A stretch of 64,000 bases of DNA from Lama glama (taxonomy: Eukaryota), in NCBI GenBank assembly GCA_028534125.1, contig CM052817.1, positions 5,396,001 through 5,460,000 of the forward strand, read 5' to 3'. Shown here piece after piece: positions 1-13,232 of this stretch (within the stretch, counting starts at the first letter, position 1; every line of letters begins with the position of its first letter). The notes below the pieces were generated by a model. It did not search any database. It saw only the letters and a list, made by a program, of their open reading frames with translations, and had not been told where the DNA came from. The position numbers and the translations under genes are program-made.

Positions 1-359
1 ATCCATTTTAACTTGTTCCATTTCGTTATACTAGGATTCTGTGAGAACCTCCTTTAAAAAAAAAATCTTACTTGTTACAGTTAACTCTGCAGATTATTTT
101 ACCTGAAAATGAATGTTGTTATGTGGTGGGTTTTTTTTTTTTTCCTGTTTAAAGCTTCAGACATGGAGTTGGGGCAGCTGGACCTGGTCCTGGAGTGGCA
201 TTAGGTTACCATTTATCTTTTGTGTTTAAATGTACAATTTAAATATGAGAGAGTGAGAGAAAGCACGCTGTCATCTTCTGTCAGCGTCGGTAGGAGGACA
301 CTTCACAAGCTGGCTTCAGAAATTCCTTCACCGGGCATTAAAGGCCTTCCGGTCTTTGC

Positions 360-560
360 AGGGTACTTGTCATGTGCCAGGGCACTTTTCTGAGCACAAA
401 ATAACCCATTTCATTGTCATACACCCTATGAGGTATGTACTACTATCCCCCCATTTTACAAATGAAGAAACTGAGGCAAAGATAGGGTAAGTCATTTGGG
501 GACAGCCACACAGTTAGGGACTGTCAGACCCTGTGTTGGATTCAGGCCGCTTGAGTCTGA
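360..560 (-). mobile_element. MIR SINE
   Basis: Core ccccattttacaaatgaagaaactgaggc. Confidence 0.8.
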
Positions 561-1054
561 GTCTGCCGTCCTGAGCCGCCCATGGTCAGTGGTCCTCACC
601 CCTGCTTGTGCATTAGAGTGATCTGGAGAGCTTGCAAAGGGGGCCAGGGACCAGAGAGAAATTTTACCTGGCCCTACCTGAGGCCAATCAAATCCTCCCT
701 CTTCTCCCTTTTCCAAGGTCCGAGATCACTCTCTCCCTGTTTTTCTAGCCACCTATCCTTCCGTCCCCTGGTTTCATGACATATGTAGGGTTTTTAATGG
801 CCTTTTGCAGGTGAGGGCATATAGCTGTATGGTTTGGCTCTGTATGGCAGGGCCCGTGGAGGTAGGGAGGTGCTTCCTACCGGAGGGTGTCGGCCCAGCA
901 CCCAGCGCAGCCTGTCATACACACACAGCACCAGAGTGTTCATCCGTCAGCGGGTGAGTCAGCACACCGTTGTCATTCCGCGTCAGGGGAGATCCCATGA
1001 TGTACGGAGCGAGCGTAGTTAATTGGGCAGATCTAATTTTACTGATTCTAGCAT

Positions 1055-1180
1055 ATCTGAGCCTCAGTTTTCTTACCTATAAAATTGTAAAAGTGATAAT
1101 ATTAAGATGATTGTGAAGATTAAATGAGATATGAGAAAATATGGATTATACTCTGTCATGTAGTAGGTAATCAGAAATAA
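1055..1180 (+). mobile_element. MIR SINE
   Basis: tctgagcctcagttttcttacctataaaa...tgtgaagattaaatgaga. Confidence 0.75.
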
Positions 1181-4100
1181 AGGCTAAATTCTTTCTTTGT
1201 AAGTTAAGCAAAAATGAATTGACACATGAAAAATCCCCCGAAAATATACTATTCAGCTTTCAGTCAAAGGCAAGAAGTCATGGAATTTCTGGAGCTCAAA
1301 TAGACCTTCAGGATCAGGGCGTGCTAAACCCCTCATTTTACAAGTGAGGGAACTGAAGCATAAAGAAGTGACTTGACCAGGGGCACGCGATGAGCCGGCT
1401 GCTCTGTGTGTGGAATTCTCATTCTCTGCGGGTGCACGAGTAAGTGGCTCATGAATGCTGTCCTCCAACTGTGATTATTACTACCTCTTGCTTCGTAGCA
1501 TTTGCACTGTCACCTCCGTGTGCTCTTGTGTACGTTATGTAACTCTCAAGGCCACCGTGCAGGCCTCAGATGTCTGACTCCAGTGTAAGGCTTTGCCTGT
1601 AGGATAAAGTCCTGAAGGAGCCACCATGGGATACAGGGTTAAGGAGGTACACGGAAGAGCACATATTTTCCTCGATTTTTTTTACATAAGAGGGAGAAGA
1701 GTTAAACACATACAAATAACAAATGGTTGAAAGCCCACGAACCTCTTTTCCGGTTCCCGTGTTCTCCGTGGAAACGGGGCTCGTTCATATTTCATAAGTT
1801 CTCGCATGTGTAAGGTAAAAAGCAGAGGGAAGGGACTGATTCCAGCTGTGCTTCCAACAGAATGTTGATGTTTTGTTTTTACTAAACATCGTTTTGTAAG
1901 AGCTTCAAAATGGCATCATGCGCTGAGATTATTTTTAAACCATTTAAACCAAACATCATTTTCTGTTGATGCTTTGAGTTAGATTTTTTAGATTCCTATC
2001 AGTGTTGATTACTGTAATTTGGATTAAAAGTGAAAACCAGTTCATTGACACATAAGATGTATTGTTTAACCTGGGGACTAACTGCTAGGGAAGTGGCAGC
2101 CTGTAGTGAAGAGGGTAGATGTGTCGTTTTATAATATCTGAACCCAAACCCTTGCTTGCCGTCGTCTCCCCTCCATCCCCTGCGGAAACTTTTTTTTTCC
2201 ATAGTGGAATCGTTTTTGGAACAACAAGGTGAACACGCTCCAGTGTCAGATGCAGTGGGAACTGCCTGTTCTCATCATTTATTGTGGTTCCTCATCAGTT
2301 TCTGTTGCCTTTTGCAGCTTTGCTGCATATGCCAAGACGTCTTGATTCTCTTAAATGCTTGGGAAAGTTTTCCTTTGTAGGACTGTGAAATTAGCCATGG
2401 ACAGTGTGGGGAGGAAATGCCTGTGTCTTTTCCAAAAAGTGGGTATGCTTAGAGAAGATGATGATAAATGTTTAGCATTCTTAGCAGCGCCTAAACTCAT
2501 GCGGAGAAACACCTATTTCAGGCCTCTTCAAAGACTGTCTGAAAGCAGAAACATTTCTAATCTGGACTTGACTTGGAGTTTATAGTATACTGTACGAGCA
2601 CTTTGCAAATAGTTCATATTTATTTTTTGACATGATCATTGGTGTCTGTTTCCTGATTCTACACTAAGCTCTTAACCTTTTTTGGTTTTTAATCTTCTTT
2701 TTCAGAAAAGTCCAAATGGGTTTTTAAAAATACAGTGGAAACAAAATGTGGCTTAACCTTTAACATTATTCGTTATGCAGAGAAAAACCTGAAGCTATAA
2801 AATTTAAATCTCATGAAAGTTAATCAAATTTGGTAGTGCACAGATTTCATTAAAACCTGAATTTCATAAGACTTGAAAACTTTGACATTTCAGAAATGTT
2901 TGAGGAGTTTGTCTTGACCACCCCTCAAATACACAGTCTTTCAGACCACTTAGGAGGGAGCGCGCAGAAAAGCGTTGCTGACTCCCCGAGGCTCCCTGAG
3001 GCGTCCCTGACTGGTTTCTAAATTGGAAATAAACTTCTTGGTCACATGGCGATAAGCAGACTTCAGAACGTATCTCTGTTTTAGTGCACGTGGAATAGAA
3101 AGTGATAGTGATCCCAAGAACGGAACTGAGTTACGATGTGTTGATGGACCTTCATACGAAGGCACGGGAAATGATATTTTCAGTTTCCTTATGAAAACAA
3201 AGTGAGTTCTGCTGTGAGTGATCCTTCTAATTGTTAAGTGTTAAATTCTTTTCTTTGCTCTCGCTCCTTTTCTGTTCACACTTAGATAATCTGCAAAGAC
3301 TGTTTGAATCCTGTGTGTTTTACTTTCTTTTCTTACTAAAAGTTTTCAGTGGATGTATTCCCTGAGCAAATCCTTTCCAACAAAGTATTTAACTTTCTAT
3401 GCACACAAATTCACGACTCAATTAAACATGTTTGATTAATTTATCACAAAGGGTGCCACCTTGAGTAAAAACAATTCTACTCTGTGGAAAGTTCTTTCTG
3501 TTCAAAAGAGGGTCCTTATTTCTAAGAGCAGAGCTCTGATTTTAATTAAAGAGCGTTTTATGCAGGTTTTTTTCCTAAAGCTTAAGATTAATTTCTATGG
3601 TTACTAGGGATATAAATCTCTAGATTGCTTTAAAACAAAGATTTTTGTTCAGGAGAGAGCTGACAGCTCCCTTTAAGAGAAGCTATTACTTAATTTTACT
3701 TTCCTAAGTTTAAACACATAAAAATATTTGTAATGATACCCCAAAGGCATCATAAAAATGTAAAATAATTGTACTCTAAAATATCTAAAATTACAGGAAA
3801 TAGACCTCATTTTAAAAAATGAACTGGGATTCGTGGCTGGGGAACTGGGGTGTGACATACTTCAAAACCAGAATCTCTTGTCTGGAACCTTTTTTTTAGT
3901 GGTAAAAAAATCTTTTCTGTTGCCAATCATACAAACTTTAAAATATGTTCATTCTATTAGGAAATATTTCTTTATAGTTTCATTACCTTTAACGTTTATC
4001 ACTGTGTGGACGTCTTAGATCCCCCTTGAGAGACAAATTCCTGTCTCTAGACTTAAATGGCATCAGTTGGCTTGTGGATTAACTGCATCGCAGTTACCCT

Positions 4101-7060
4101 TTAGGCTCTTTTTAATGACTATTTTAAAAATCCATAGCCCAGTTTTCTAAGCAGCTTTGAACAAGGGCAGCATAAATAGTTTCCAGTGTTTTACTTACCC
4201 CAAAGTATACTTCCTCTTTCAGTAGATAATGTTAACTGGTAAATTGTTCCCAGGTTAAAGGTTTGTCATAGTTTAATAAATATAGTGCAAAATCTATATA
4301 TAGTAGGAATGCTTAAAGGAAAAATAATCTAACTTTGCAAGTAAAGCAATTAATTCTTACCTTCTTTCCCGCTTTAGTATTGTAGCATCAGTTCTTTTGC
4401 CATTTTCATTTCCTAAAATTTTAATTGGGTCTTGTTTATAGTAAAATGTCTTCACTTGATTTGGAAAAGTGAAATTAGATTTATAAAATATTCAGACTGA
4501 AGTTTTGAAAGAAATAGTATTTCGTATGTAATATGAATACTTTTGAGACTAGATATGCTTGTAGTTTAAGACGTGCCTAATCCAGGAATGCTTTGCATTA
4601 AATGAGTTTATATTTTGAGAGCAAAATTGGGGGAAGAAAACTACTTTCCCTCCCTTTTTTTTGTAAGAGACAAAAATTAAGTTGAATGCAGATACTGAAA
4701 GTGCTGTTAGCTGAATGTTTGAGCAACAAAAGTAAACACTGATTATTGCAAATGTATATTTGGACCAATTTACTTTTATCTTTCAAGCGAAACATTTCCC
4801 ACAGTTTTTGTGGGTTTTTATTTAAGTTGGGAAAACTTTGGAAGTTTGTGTGAAAGTATAAATATGTTTGGGAAAGTCATGATTAGAGTTTGATAATAAA
4901 CATGCAAAAACAAATTGGGAAGCTCTATTAAAGTCAGATGTAACATTTAATAATGTTTTCTCTAAAAAGTCATTTTCAGAGAGTGGTGATCTTTGTGGAT
5001 CTGGAATAAAGACTGGCTATAATTGAAAGTAAAGATTAAATATGAATTCTTCAACATATATGAAGTTTTGCTTTTTTTTTTTTTTTTTTTTAGAGAAACT
5101 TAGCGATTGTTATAGGAATCCTCAAAATGTTCCTCTCCACTTATGGGCACAAAAAACTACATACATATTTCCATTTGAAAAACAAAATACATATTTAGTT
5201 GCTAGGGTAATTTGAACTTTTTTTTTAACAAAAGAAGCATTAAATTTTAGCATATAGAGAGATTCCTAATTTTGCAAGGAGGATAAAAAATTTAGTTGGT
5301 TTAATTATTGAAATATATCCCAATATAGAGTATAAATAAAAATAAAAATTTAATCTAAATTTAATCTAAAAACGTTAATCTAAAATTTGTTTTAAATCTC
5401 ATTGTCGTTACATTAACCTCACAATTGCAAACTGGCATTTTATTTTCACTTACTGTATATCCCAGTTCTTGGAGAAATTTGTCCATTTTTTACCATAATG
5501 ATACAGTAAGTGTAGAAAGATATCACTTTACCAGTTATTACATATGGGCACTTCTGAAATAGTAGTCTTGCCAACATTTTATCAGATACTAATGTTATAG
5601 ACTTTCTGAAGGATTTCTTTGAACATAATAAAGTTTTACTTTCCTTTCTTTGACACTCTACTAGTATGTCCCTTTAAAGTGTGTATGTTGCAGGGAGCAG
5701 TTAGTGTTACATTTTGATGACAATTTTATTACTTACAAATTGATACATGTTTTAACTGAAACTTGTTGCTAAGAATGGAAAATTTTATATGCGTGGTGTT
5801 TCAAATGCTTTACCTAATGATCTGAAAAACTGTTAAAAGGAACATAAATTATATACTGGTTTTTTTAAAAAAGGTTTCAACTGAAATATAAAATTCAATA
5901 TATAGGACAAATATTTTTGTGTCTAAGTATAAAATGATAAATCTTAAAAGTACAATGAAAAGATATGATTTGATTCTCAAAATCAAGATCTGTTATATAC
6001 AGCTCAGGATCTAACCTTAATTTTTCTAGTTATTATTACATACAGATTTTTCTTGAGCAAATATTGTATTAGGGACTAATTATTTTCTGCTATTATAGAC
6101 ACGTAAGTAAGAATCAATTTTTATCAGGCTAGTCCCCGCTTTATAAAACTTAGCAGTTAGCAGTTTGCTACAGTTTCTTTAAATCCTGGAAACCACTAAC
6201 TTTTATTTTTATTTTTTTCAAACAAAGAAGTTGTTAGAATGTTTTGTAACTCATTCCTTGAAATAATATTTTTGCCCTTTTTTTTTTCACTTTGTTTTAT
6301 GTCTTATTTACTCCAAAGAAGGCCATAAAGAAGGAAAGGAATCTATATTTTTTGGAGGGCAGGGAGTGATGAAATGAGGCCCCTGGATTTTGCTTGGAAT
6401 TTGAACATGTGTATTATTGCTCGAGGCCGGCATGCTCTGCATTTCATTCCCACTCACTCAGTTGAAAGATGACTTTGGAGGCAAGGCTATGTATCTCGTT
6501 ACCAAGCCCTCTTCTCAGAGCTTCATGATAAAATGCACGTTGATTGCTTTGCTTTTGTTTCTACTAATAAAGGGAAAAATATGTTTTAATAGAGCAAAGC
6601 AACTTATACTTTGGGGGTTCAAATGTCAAGCAACAGTATCAAGCAGTGTGTTCTGCTGGGTGTAGATTATCGGCGTCTCTCAAGCAGTATGGAAGCTGAA
6701 TGTGTGTTTTCCCTTTGTACCGCCCGCAGTTGATTTCGCTCTTCTCTTTGCTGATGTGAAGCAGAAACTGGACAAGGTAACAGTTTTGATGATGAGATTA
6801 GAGGTAGCCAGGCTGACTGTCTCCTGGCTTTTAGAGAACCTTATAAGCCCAGGGCCACCCCCTCCCCTTGTTTAGATATTACTTGCTCTTTTGAGTTTCA
6901 GATTACAGGAGCAATTGATCTGCATGACCTATCTTAAGAACTTTAACTTTGCAGTGGAAACTTAAACCAAATGTATATCCTCGAGAGACAAATCATCTTA
7001 AAACCAGGCCGTTGTCATTTTGATACACGGGACTGCTCCCCGAGGAACAGTTATGGTAGA

Positions 7061-7077
7061 GAGCACCACCTAGTGGG
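7061..7077 (-). promoter_or_regulatory. CTCF motif, reverse orientation
   Basis: gagcaccacctagtggg; reverse complement CCACTAGGTGGTGC versus consensus CCASYAGRKGGCRS, one mismatch. Confidence 0.55.
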
Positions 7078-8089
7078 CGGGACCTGCATTTGCCGCGCTG
7101 AGTAGATGGTTTAGAGAGCTGGTCTGTGCTGTTGTGACTCTTGCCCTTGGCTTGCAAATAAGTGAGGTTCCACGTTGTTCCCAGCTCATAATTTCTACCG
7201 AGGGCTAGGACCCCAGGAGAAGGAGACTGGGAGAAGCTGTGATATGTCCGTTTTATTTGTGATTTTCCCGCTTATGTAGGTATATGTGGGGGTCCTTGCC
7301 ATCTCCACAAACATTTGCTCCTCATAATTGATATTATAATTAAAACAAAAAGATCATTTTTTTAAATGTCAATAGGGGAGCATTCAGTCTGAAGATTTTA
7401 TGTTTTTGCATGAATAATAGGAGACTGCATTTGGGTAGAACTGTTTGTTGCCACGAACCTTATGCTGTACTGCTGAGCTGTTCGACATACGGGAGGAGGA
7501 GCTGCTGCTGGTTATCAGCTGGGTCATCAGTTGTTGGCTGTCTGTCATGGAGAGTGTGTGCCTTTGGTGTACACTAAAGCATCTGCAGAAACAACGTGAG
7601 AAAATGCCAAATTAAAAAAAAACGTAATACATCATAACCACCAGTTTTAGGTATAGCTGTTCCTTAATGTTTATTTTCAGATCACAACTTCTTAATCAAA
7701 TCTGTCACTCTTCCAACAGAGATCTGTTGAATTAGGAACCTTGCCAGACTTTGGGAATCTGAAACAAACGTCACATAGTTCTCTTTGGACATACAATTTT
7801 TTTAAGTCTTTTAATTTTTGACCACAAAAGGGAGTAAACATATTCCTGAGATGTGGGGCATACTACAGTGGAGTGTAAGTGTGTTTACTTGTTTAGTGTT
7901 TTCTGCCTTGGATTGGAAGAATTTAGAAGACACTTAGCAAATACTTCTGGAGAAGCCGATAAATGTGAGTTTGGTGTATGCGAAGCTGTAGAAGGCCACA
8001 TGGTAACTCTTCCTTGGTCTGGTTCTTCAGCTCCAGTTTTGCCCTCAGAGAGCTCGAGCTCGGAGGCATGGCCTGAAGAATATAAGGGC

Positions 8090-8245
8090 ACAGGCTTGGA
8101 GTCTGTCTTGGAGCATGGACCTTGGCTTTTCAACTTGCTAGCTGTGTGACCGTGGGCACATTACTTGACAACTCTGTGCTTTAGTTTCTCTTTTCTCATT
8201 TGTTATAGAACTAAATGAGATCATTTATACACCGGCATGGTAAAC
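8090..8245 (+). mobile_element. MIR SINE
   Basis: ctagctgtgtgaccgtgggcacattacttgac...ctgtgctttagtttc. Confidence 0.7.
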
Positions 8246-10388
8246 ACTAAGGACTGATGGTGGTGGTAAAGAGTTAGTGGTTGTCTTCCATCTCCCCTTT
8301 CCTTCATGTTGTGAAGCGACGTGTGAGTGGTTATGACAGTCGCTCAGTCTTTCCCCCACACCTGCAGGCCCCAGCGCCCCTGCTGCCCCGACCCATCCCC
8401 GGTTGGTGTTGCCGGGCAGACAAACTCGGCTGATGACGACCAGTGGCTGTCTCCAAGTGCTGAGCTGGACAGGCTTCCTTACACACGTGAGATTTAAAGA
8501 AAAGCTACCCTCTATTTGTGTGCTTGTTTGTTGAATTGTGTTTTGTGATCAGAGGTTCTTAATCTGAGCCAGTGAGCCAAGGGACTGCAGCCCCGCACGG
8601 CAGGCAGGAAGTCTCTGTATCGGTGGGGATATTCATTTTCTTAGGCGATTAGGTCAGACACATAGCTTTGGTTAGAGTCTCAGAGGCATCTGTGCTCCAT
8701 AAAAGGGTCAAGAACTTTTATCTTTGAAGTTCGTAGTTCTTTCTGGAAGGCCACTTATGACGTTGAAGACATTATAACCCCCTCCTAGAAAATGAAACTC
8801 AAATTTGAATTTCACACTATTTGTTGTGTAAGATACACATATGTGATTTTAAGGATCATGAATTTGCGAAACTCAAATAAAAGTGGAGTGTTTTCCCTCT
8901 TGTCCCTCTTTTCAAAGTTCGGAAGGAAAATAAGAGCAAGGAAGGGTTAGGAATACAGGCTCTGGAGTAGACCCTGGTTTCCAGCGCGGCTGGCCATGGG
9001 CTAGTGAGACCGTGAGCCAGTGGGTCAGCCTCTCCCGCCTGTACAGGGGGAGTAAGGAAGGTCCCCACCTCGTGGCTGCGTCGGACCGGGGGGGACCACG
9101 CACTATAGCTCTCCTGGTGTGTAGTGGGAACTACGTGCATGTTTGCCATCACCATTTTTGTTGCGCATATACTCAACAACATTAACAGTATGTACACATT
9201 AGTTGCCTATTACAAACTGTCTTTTATTGTCTATTTACCTATTGATGTGTGAGCAATTATAAATATTTCTAATTTCCTATAAGCAGACTTTCCAAGGTTG
9301 CTTCCAACTATAGGCAAGTTTCCTGAAGTAAGAAAAACCTTAGTAAACGAGGATCCCAAGTACGTGGATCCTTAAAATCACGCTGGGAACTTTGAAGAGC
9401 GTGAAAGGAGTGAAAAGAAGCCAGTAGTGTTTGGTCAGAAGGAACTTTCAAGTTGACTGAACATTAGAAATTCTCTTGAAATTCCTGAGTGGAAGGACCT
9501 TCTTGTCTCACCTTTGCAGCGTGCAGGTGAGCAGTGAGCCCCAGGCCCTTGGCCTGGCTCCAAGTCCCAGTGCGCGTGGCCAGGGGTGGGGCCCTGGCCC
9601 TGCCTGGAGCTGACTGGCCACACACCTTCTGCTTGGAAGCCTGCTGTGGCTTACAGAAGAGTGAAGTGGATGTGGGCCCCCTGTGGAGGGCAGTGTGAAC
9701 GGTGGTCCCCAGGAAGGGGTGTGGCAGACCATTCCTGGAGGGGGTACCTGCACTGCGGGAAAGGCAGGCGCTGTGAGCCGAGCACAGAGACCGGAGTGGG
9801 GAGTCGGGGGGCTGTCTGGAGACACGTCCCACAGAAACTGACCGGGCAGGAGGTAACTGTGTGTGGGGCTGAAAAGCGAAGCCAGTTTCGCTGGTACCCG
9901 TTGTCCAGTCCGCGTGTGTGAGCCCTGCGGTGAGGGTGAGCTGGGGTTGGGAATTGCTGTCCCCTTCCGTGGTTTTGTTCCCCCAGGGCCCTTCTAGGAA
10001 GAGTATCTGCCTCACTACCTGTGATTCTAGCGTCTAGGATCAGCATTTTTGCTCTCATCATGGCTCATAAAACTCAAAGCAGCCACTTCCTCTGATGTGC
10101 AGCTGAGGAAACAGGTCTGTTTTCCAACTCAGGGGGGACACAAGCTGTTCTGAACTTGTGGCAGGAGTGTGTGTTGGGATCCAGTGCAACCCTTCTAGGG
10201 GCCGTGCGGACGGGTGTGCGCTCTTCACCTCAGGCACCGGAGTCAAGCTTGACGTGAGGCCTGGCTCCGCCATGGAGGTGGCCAGAGCCCAGCAGAGCCC
10301 AGAGCACCTGTCCCAGGTCAGCTCATTTTAGGAGCTGGTGCTGCCCAGATGGGTTGTTCCCAAGCTGCTGTCAAGAAAGTCTTTCCCA

Positions 10389-12262
10389 AAAATTTGGCAA
10401 GGTAGCAGGATACAAGATCAACATACAGAAATCAGTGGTATTTCTTTACACTAACAATGAAATATCAGGAAAGGAAAGAAACAATCCCTTTTACAGTCTC
10501 ATCTCCCAAAATAAAATACTTAGGAATAAATCTGACCAAGAAAGTGAAAGATTTATATACAGAGAACTACAAAACATTGACTAAGGAAATTAAAGATGAC
10601 TTAAAGACATAGAAAAATATCCCATGTTCTTGGATTGGAAGAATCAATATTGTTAAAATGGCCATACTACCCAAAGCAATCTACAGATTTCATGCAATCC
10701 CTATCAAATTACCCAGGACATTTTTCACAGAACTAGAACAAATAATCCTAAAATTTATATAGAATCACAGAAGACCCAGAATTGCCAAAGCAATATTGAA
10801 GAAAAAGAATGAAGCTGGAGGAATAACCCTCTCAGACTTCAGACAATACTACAGAGCTACAGTAATCAAAACAGCATGGTATTGGCATAAAAACAGGCAT
10901 ATGGATCAATGGAACAGAATAGAGAGCCTAGAAATAAACCCACAGACCTACAGTCAATTAATCTTTGACAAAGGACGCAAGAATACACAACGAAAAAAGG
11001 ACAGTCTCTTCAGCAAGTAGTGTTGGGAAAACTGGACAGCCGCATGTAAATCAGTTAAGTTAGAATACTCACACCACACACAAAAATAAACTCAAAATGG
11101 ATCAGACTTAAATATAAGATAAGACACAATAAACCTCCTAGAAGAAAACATTGGCAAAACATTCTCTGACATAAATCTTCACAGTGTTCTCCTAGGGCAG
11201 TCTACCCAGGCAATAGAAATAAAAGCAAAAATAAACAAATGGGACCTAACTAAGTTTATGAGCTTTTGCACAGCAAAGGAAACAGTAAGCAAAACAAAGC
11301 GACAACCTACAGAATGGGAGAAAATATTTGCAAATGATGCAGCTGACAAAGATTTAATTTCCAGAATATATAAACAGCTCATATAACAATAATAAAAAGC
11401 AAACAACCCAATCCAAAAATGGGCAGAAGACCTAAACAAGCAATTCTCCAGTGAAGAAATACAAATAACCAATAGGCACATGAAAAAGTGCTCAATATCA
11501 CTAATTATCAGAGACACGCAAATCAAAACTACAATGAGGTATCACCTCACACCAGTCAGAATGGCCATCGTTCAAAAGTCCACAAACAATAAATGCTGGA
11601 GAGGCTGTGGAGAAAAAGGAACCCTCCTTCACTGCTGGTGGGAATGTAGTTTAGTGCAGCCATTATGGAAAACAGTATGGAGATTCCTCAAAAAACTAAA
11701 AACAGACGTAACCATATGATCCAGCAATCCCACTTCTGGGCGTATATCCAGAGGGAACTCTAATTCAAAAAGATACACAAACCCCAGTGTTCACAGCAGC
11801 ACTATTTACAATAGCTAAGACATAGAAACAACCTAAATGTCCATTGACAGATGGCTGGGTAAAGAAGCTGTGGTATATTTATACAATGGAATACTACTCA
11901 GCCATAAAAAAGAATAAAATAATGCCATTTGCAGCAACATGGATGGACTTGGAGGTTGTCACTCTAAGTGAAGTAAGCCAGAAAGAGAAAGACAAGTACC
12001 ATATTATATCACTTATGTGGAATCTAAAAAAAATGATACAAATGAACTTATTCACAAAACAGAAATAGACTCACAGATGTAGAAAACAAACTTATGGTAA
12101 TGGGGGGCAGGGGTGGGAAGGGATAAATTGGGAGTTTGAAATTTGCAGTTACTAACTACTACATATAAAATAGATGAACAGGTTTACACTATAGAGCACA
12201 GAGAACTATATTTGACATCTGTACTAATCTATAATCAAAAAGAATATGAAAATTTAAAAAAA
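10389..12262 (+). mobile_element. 5'-truncated LINE-1 (3' part of ORF2 plus 3'UTR), relatively young, sense to STX18
   Basis: ORF2 peptides [46 protein letters not shown] and the C-terminal [18 protein letters not shown] motif, broken by stops and frameshifts. Ends in an A-rich tail. Degenerate target-site duplication aaagtctttccca (10376-10388) / aaaggcttttcca (12260-12272). Confidence 0.95.
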
Positions 12263-13112
12263 GGCTTTTCCAGTTGCTGTCATGCGGTTGAGCCTGCATC
12301 AGGGACCCCTGCCCCTCCTCCCTTGGTGCTGTGCTCCATGTTCATACCTACCTTTGCCCCTGACCGTGGTGATGTGGGAACACCCACTGCCAGGGAGGTA
12401 AAGTTGGGCTGTGCAGCCATGTCCTATGGGGCCCAGCTCTGACATGTCACAGACTCGCTGTGCAGCCCTGGGCAGCGAGTTACCCTCTCTCCCGGCCTCA
12501 GTTTCCTTCCCCTTCCTGGGGGCAGTCACAGCACCGTCTCCTTGGGCTGCCGTCAGGGATGAAGCTCGGAGGACGGTGCCCAGTATAAGGTTAGTGGTCA
12601 GGAAATTCACGGCTAGTGCCACCTCCACCTGCCCTCCACGCCCTGCTGGATGTGTGCAGATCCAGTGTCTGTTCCTCTGACTGCAGCTCTCCCTTCTCCT
12701 CAGGGCTACGATTTGGTGAATGACCTTCCAGGTCGTAGCCCGTAGCGTGGCCCAGGGCCGCTCACCTCCCCTTCTGTCCAGTGCCCTGTGGCGTCCACCG
12801 TCTGCTGACCCCGCTTCTGAGATGAGACCCGACAGTGATGGAGGAGGCGCGGGGACCCTTCATGTGCCCGAGCACCTGCTTTGTGACAGGCGCCGAATCA
12901 CATCTTTATAGAGACTTTCATTGATGGCTTGTAGTCACCTGCTGAGTTACTGTCTCCAGTGTACACCTCAGAGGTCAGAGCTCAAAGGAGGTAAATAACT
13001 TCTGCAGACCAGGCCCTGTCCCCGGTCAGTGACAGCACTGGGGTCTGAGCCCAGGGTGGCCACCCTGCAGTCCGTGCTCTGCCTTTCCGAGCGTGGGGAG
13101 AAAGCAAGGGGC

Positions 13113-13232
13113 ACGCACACTCCACACCCTCTCCACACACAGTCTACACACGTATCTCTGGATACGCACTCTCTACACAGTTTGCACACACAACCTCTGC
13201 ACACACACACACCTTACACATACCTTGTACAC
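13113..13232. repeat. Degenerate CA-rich low-complexity tract
   Basis: Repeated ctacacac/tgcacacac units; explains the His/Thr-rich spurious ORFs here. Confidence 0.8.

Noticed and set aside
5072..5212. T20-AG acceptor-like site with a downstream gtaatt
   Set aside because: Homopolymer followed by a very AT-rich block full of stops and a mediocre donor; no further support.
9464..10061. Overlapping long ORFs (183, 136, 111 and 105 aa)
   Set aside because: GC-rich intronic sequence poor in stop codons; no recognisable domain, and ORFs occur in several frames at once.
10354..12068. L1 ORF2 pieces as an active reverse transcriptase/endonuclease gene
   Set aside because: 5'-truncated, lacks the endonuclease and most of the RT domain, and has multiple stops and frameshifts.
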